This document shows, piece after piece, positions 61,477 to 64,000 of a DNA stretch of 64,000 nucleotides. Numbering within the stretch: the stretch's first letter is position 1; the number at the start of each line of letters is the position of its first letter. Source of the stretch: Antedon mediterranea (lineage: Eukaryota; Animalia; Echinodermata); the NCBI RefSeq assembly GCF_964355755.1, contig NC_092676.1, positions 17,626,871 through 17,690,870 of the forward strand, given 5' to 3'. Both the position numbers and the translations under genes were made by a program. The notes below the pieces were generated by a model. The model did not search any database. It was not told the origin of the DNA and saw nothing but the letters and a program-made list of their open reading frames with translations.

Positions 61477-62489
61477 GTAAGTTATTTTTGTCTCTGCTGA
61501 GATCTCAATTAGAGAGTGTAATTTTTTTTAAATTAACCATTGTTAAATTTGCACATTGAGAATTAAGACAATCGAAATATACAAATATATAAAAAAATTA
61601 AAATAGATATACATAATAATGCACATACGTTTCGGTCTCTCAAGTAAAAGCAATGCATATGTCAACTTCAGTCAATGACGGCCTGATGTTCTCCATTGAA
61701 AAAAGCTACATAAACAAAAAAACAAGAACATTGCCCTCATTTGTCCTCATCTTGAATATGAATGTCAAATGTTTGATCCTAGTTTCCATGTCACAGCTGT
61801 CATACAATGAGTATTGTTTTCATTTTCATCACATGGCCAATCCATTACCATCTTTTGGTACTTGGTCTCTTCACTGATTCTATGCCTTTTTGTTTTTAGT
61901 AGATTTTCGATATAACATATGGCCATCTTATTTTAATAATCACCCCAAGATTCTTGTTATAGTGTTTGTGGTTTTTTGCGCTCTGCTCCATGTAGAAGGA
62001 CTGACTTTACAAATCAATTAAATTCAACATCTTCTCCTGTGTTCACTGTTGTACCTAAATGTATTAATTCTTAATTTATTTTATTGACTGATCTACTGTC
62101 TTTACTTCTGTTGTCTTTCTGTTGATTTTTAGGCAAGTTATAGAGATTTAGTTAAAGCATGGAGGTATACCTCCATGGTTAACCAGGGGAGAATTTAGGG
62201 GGGGGGGAGGGGTGCACCCATTTACATCAACGATTTTAAAGGAAAAGGGGGAAAAAAATTGTTCAAATTTGAACCGAGTTCAACTTCAACAGACTTCCAG
62301 GGGCGCATGAACCCCTAGACAAATATTTTCCCATATCGACCCCCCCCCCCCCCCCTCTTTATCAAAATCCTGGAAACCTGGGTTACGTTTTCTTGCATTC
62401 ATTTGACGTTTGTTGAATTTTAAAATAAAAAGATATACATAATAATGCACACAAGTTGTTGGTCTCTCTCAAGCAAAGGCCAATTATAG

Positions 62490-62686
62490 AGATTTAATTA
62501 ACCTGGATTACATTTTTTTTGTAGATTTAGTTAACCTGGATTACATTTTTTTTTGTAGATTTAGTTAACCTGGATTACATTTTTTTTTTTGTAGATTTAG
62601 TTAACCTGGATTACATTTTTTTTGTAGATTTAGTTAACCTGGATTACATTTTTTTTGTAGATTTAGTTAACGTGGATTACATTTTT
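62490..62686. repeat. About 33-bp minisatellite (gatttagttaacctggattaca-polyT-gta), about 6 copies
   Basis: Directly visible; variable T-run length. Confidence 0.9.
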
Positions 62687-63571
62687 CGCGCCGCGGCTCT
62701 AGCCAGCTATGTCCCAGGAGGACACATTCATTAATAAGCTGTTTCATAGCGGTAGCTTTAGTATCTAAGGCTGACAGTTTTGTGAATTTGGAAACTCGAC
62801 TATAATTTATAGGTAGCTGCTGGACCCAAAAAACGTCTGGGAGAAGAGAGTCTATATGAAAGCCTTTGCTGATAATACAGTATTATTGAGATGTAGACGG
62901 AAATCTGTAAAATCTTGTTCAATAAATAATAACTTCGTTTTTGCTGTCAACCAGGCCGGTATTATAATAAATCACTGTCAAATAATCATTCGATAATGGT
63001 CAAAACTTTATTTTGGCTCTGTCAACATAAAGGGAGGTATTTACAATAACTTTCTTTTGACTGTCAATCTAGGCCAATGTTATAATAATACGCCGTCAGA
63101 TATTAAATCATTGAAACAGTCCTGGTAAATTTTTTGTTGGTTATCAGATGCAGTGGGGGGTCCAATCAATTATCGTCAGAAGGTGAACAATCAGTCTAGG
63201 TAGCAGCAGCAGATTATTAGGAACGCCTGCTCCATTAATTAATCCAGAAAAAGGTTTGTACATTATCTATTTGTTTATTAGACTTCTCCTAACACAATTA
63301 TATTTTCTTTAAAAAAAGGTTTTATAAGTGGTTTTAACATTTATGATAGTAATGTCACAGTTCTGTGTCTGGACGCAACTTCATAGACCTACTAGTTATA
63401 TTATTCATATTAACTGATACTTACTCTTCATTTACCGTAAAGTTCAGTTTTAATGAAATATATAATATAAATTGGCTTTGTAACAATTAATTAGTGTTGA
63501 AAAGGTTAGTTTTTTGGTGATAGGTGAAAATGACATGTAACTTCGTAATCAATTTATTTTTTTTTGTATAA

Positions 63572-63932
63572 AGGCCCAATTACACTATGACGATAACAAC
63601 GGACGATAAATATATAGCATGCATTTTTTTTACATAAACCAAAAGAAATTAGAAAGGTTTTCGTTCTAGACCTATAGGATAATCATTTATGCTGCCTTTG
63701 ATAAAAATAATGTTTTTCAAATTCCAATCAAATGACGTCATGATAAATAAAAACAATAAAATCGCTGTATTGTCACGATATTATTGGTCTTACTAATCAT
63801 GACGTCATTTGATTGGACGTGTGAAAATATAATTTTCATCAAAGGAATTGTTTATATTTCTTTTGGTTTATGTATTAAAAATGCACATTTGTCTATTTAT
63901 CGTCGATCGTTATCGTCCTAGTGTATGGGCCT
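63572..63932. mobile_element. Palindromic Harbinger/Tourist-like MITE
   Basis: aggcccaattacacta.gacgataac ... gttatcgtcctagtgtatgggcct with internal inverted symmetry; TAA on the left. Confidence 0.65.
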
Positions 63933-64000
63933 TATGCTGTAAATGTTCAATTAATTGATCATTCCGTTTTCATTTTATTAGTTGGACTCTTGCACAGTTG

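Overview
AT-rich, intron-rich eukaryotic (animal) DNA, probably a marine invertebrate (inferred from the lectin and transposon repertoire). It is not prokaryotic and has no CRISPR array. Three host genes are visible. (1) A single-coding-exon LRR-Ig-TM receptor on the minus strand (ATG 3278, open past position 1), missed by the ORF track. (2) A 3-exon, 80-aa Gly/His-rich mini-protein with an Ala/Gly/Val hydrophobic core and a PPxY tail (8591-7532, minus). (3) A large plus-strand mosaic lectin gene (about 23534 to beyond 61476): signal peptide, FA58C/discoidin domain, then tandem modules of Thr/Pro linker, C-type lectin, micro-exon and F-type (fucolectin) domain. All exons after FA58C are symmetric phase 1-1. 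All three C-type lectin exons are broken, each differently (in-frame TGA; frameshift plus truncation; 3.8-kb RTE-like LINE insertion). The three F-type domains are intact and differ most in the sugar-binding loop. Introns and intergenic DNA carry many nested mobile elements (Helitrons, Helentron/DINE-like elements, Harbinger, MULE and hAT-like MITEs, CR1/RTE fragments, tRNA-SINEs), a 2-kb array of a 41-bp tRNA-5'-half-like unit, and a perfect palindrome with 48-bp arms. Exon boundaries were read by eye and need RNA confirmation.
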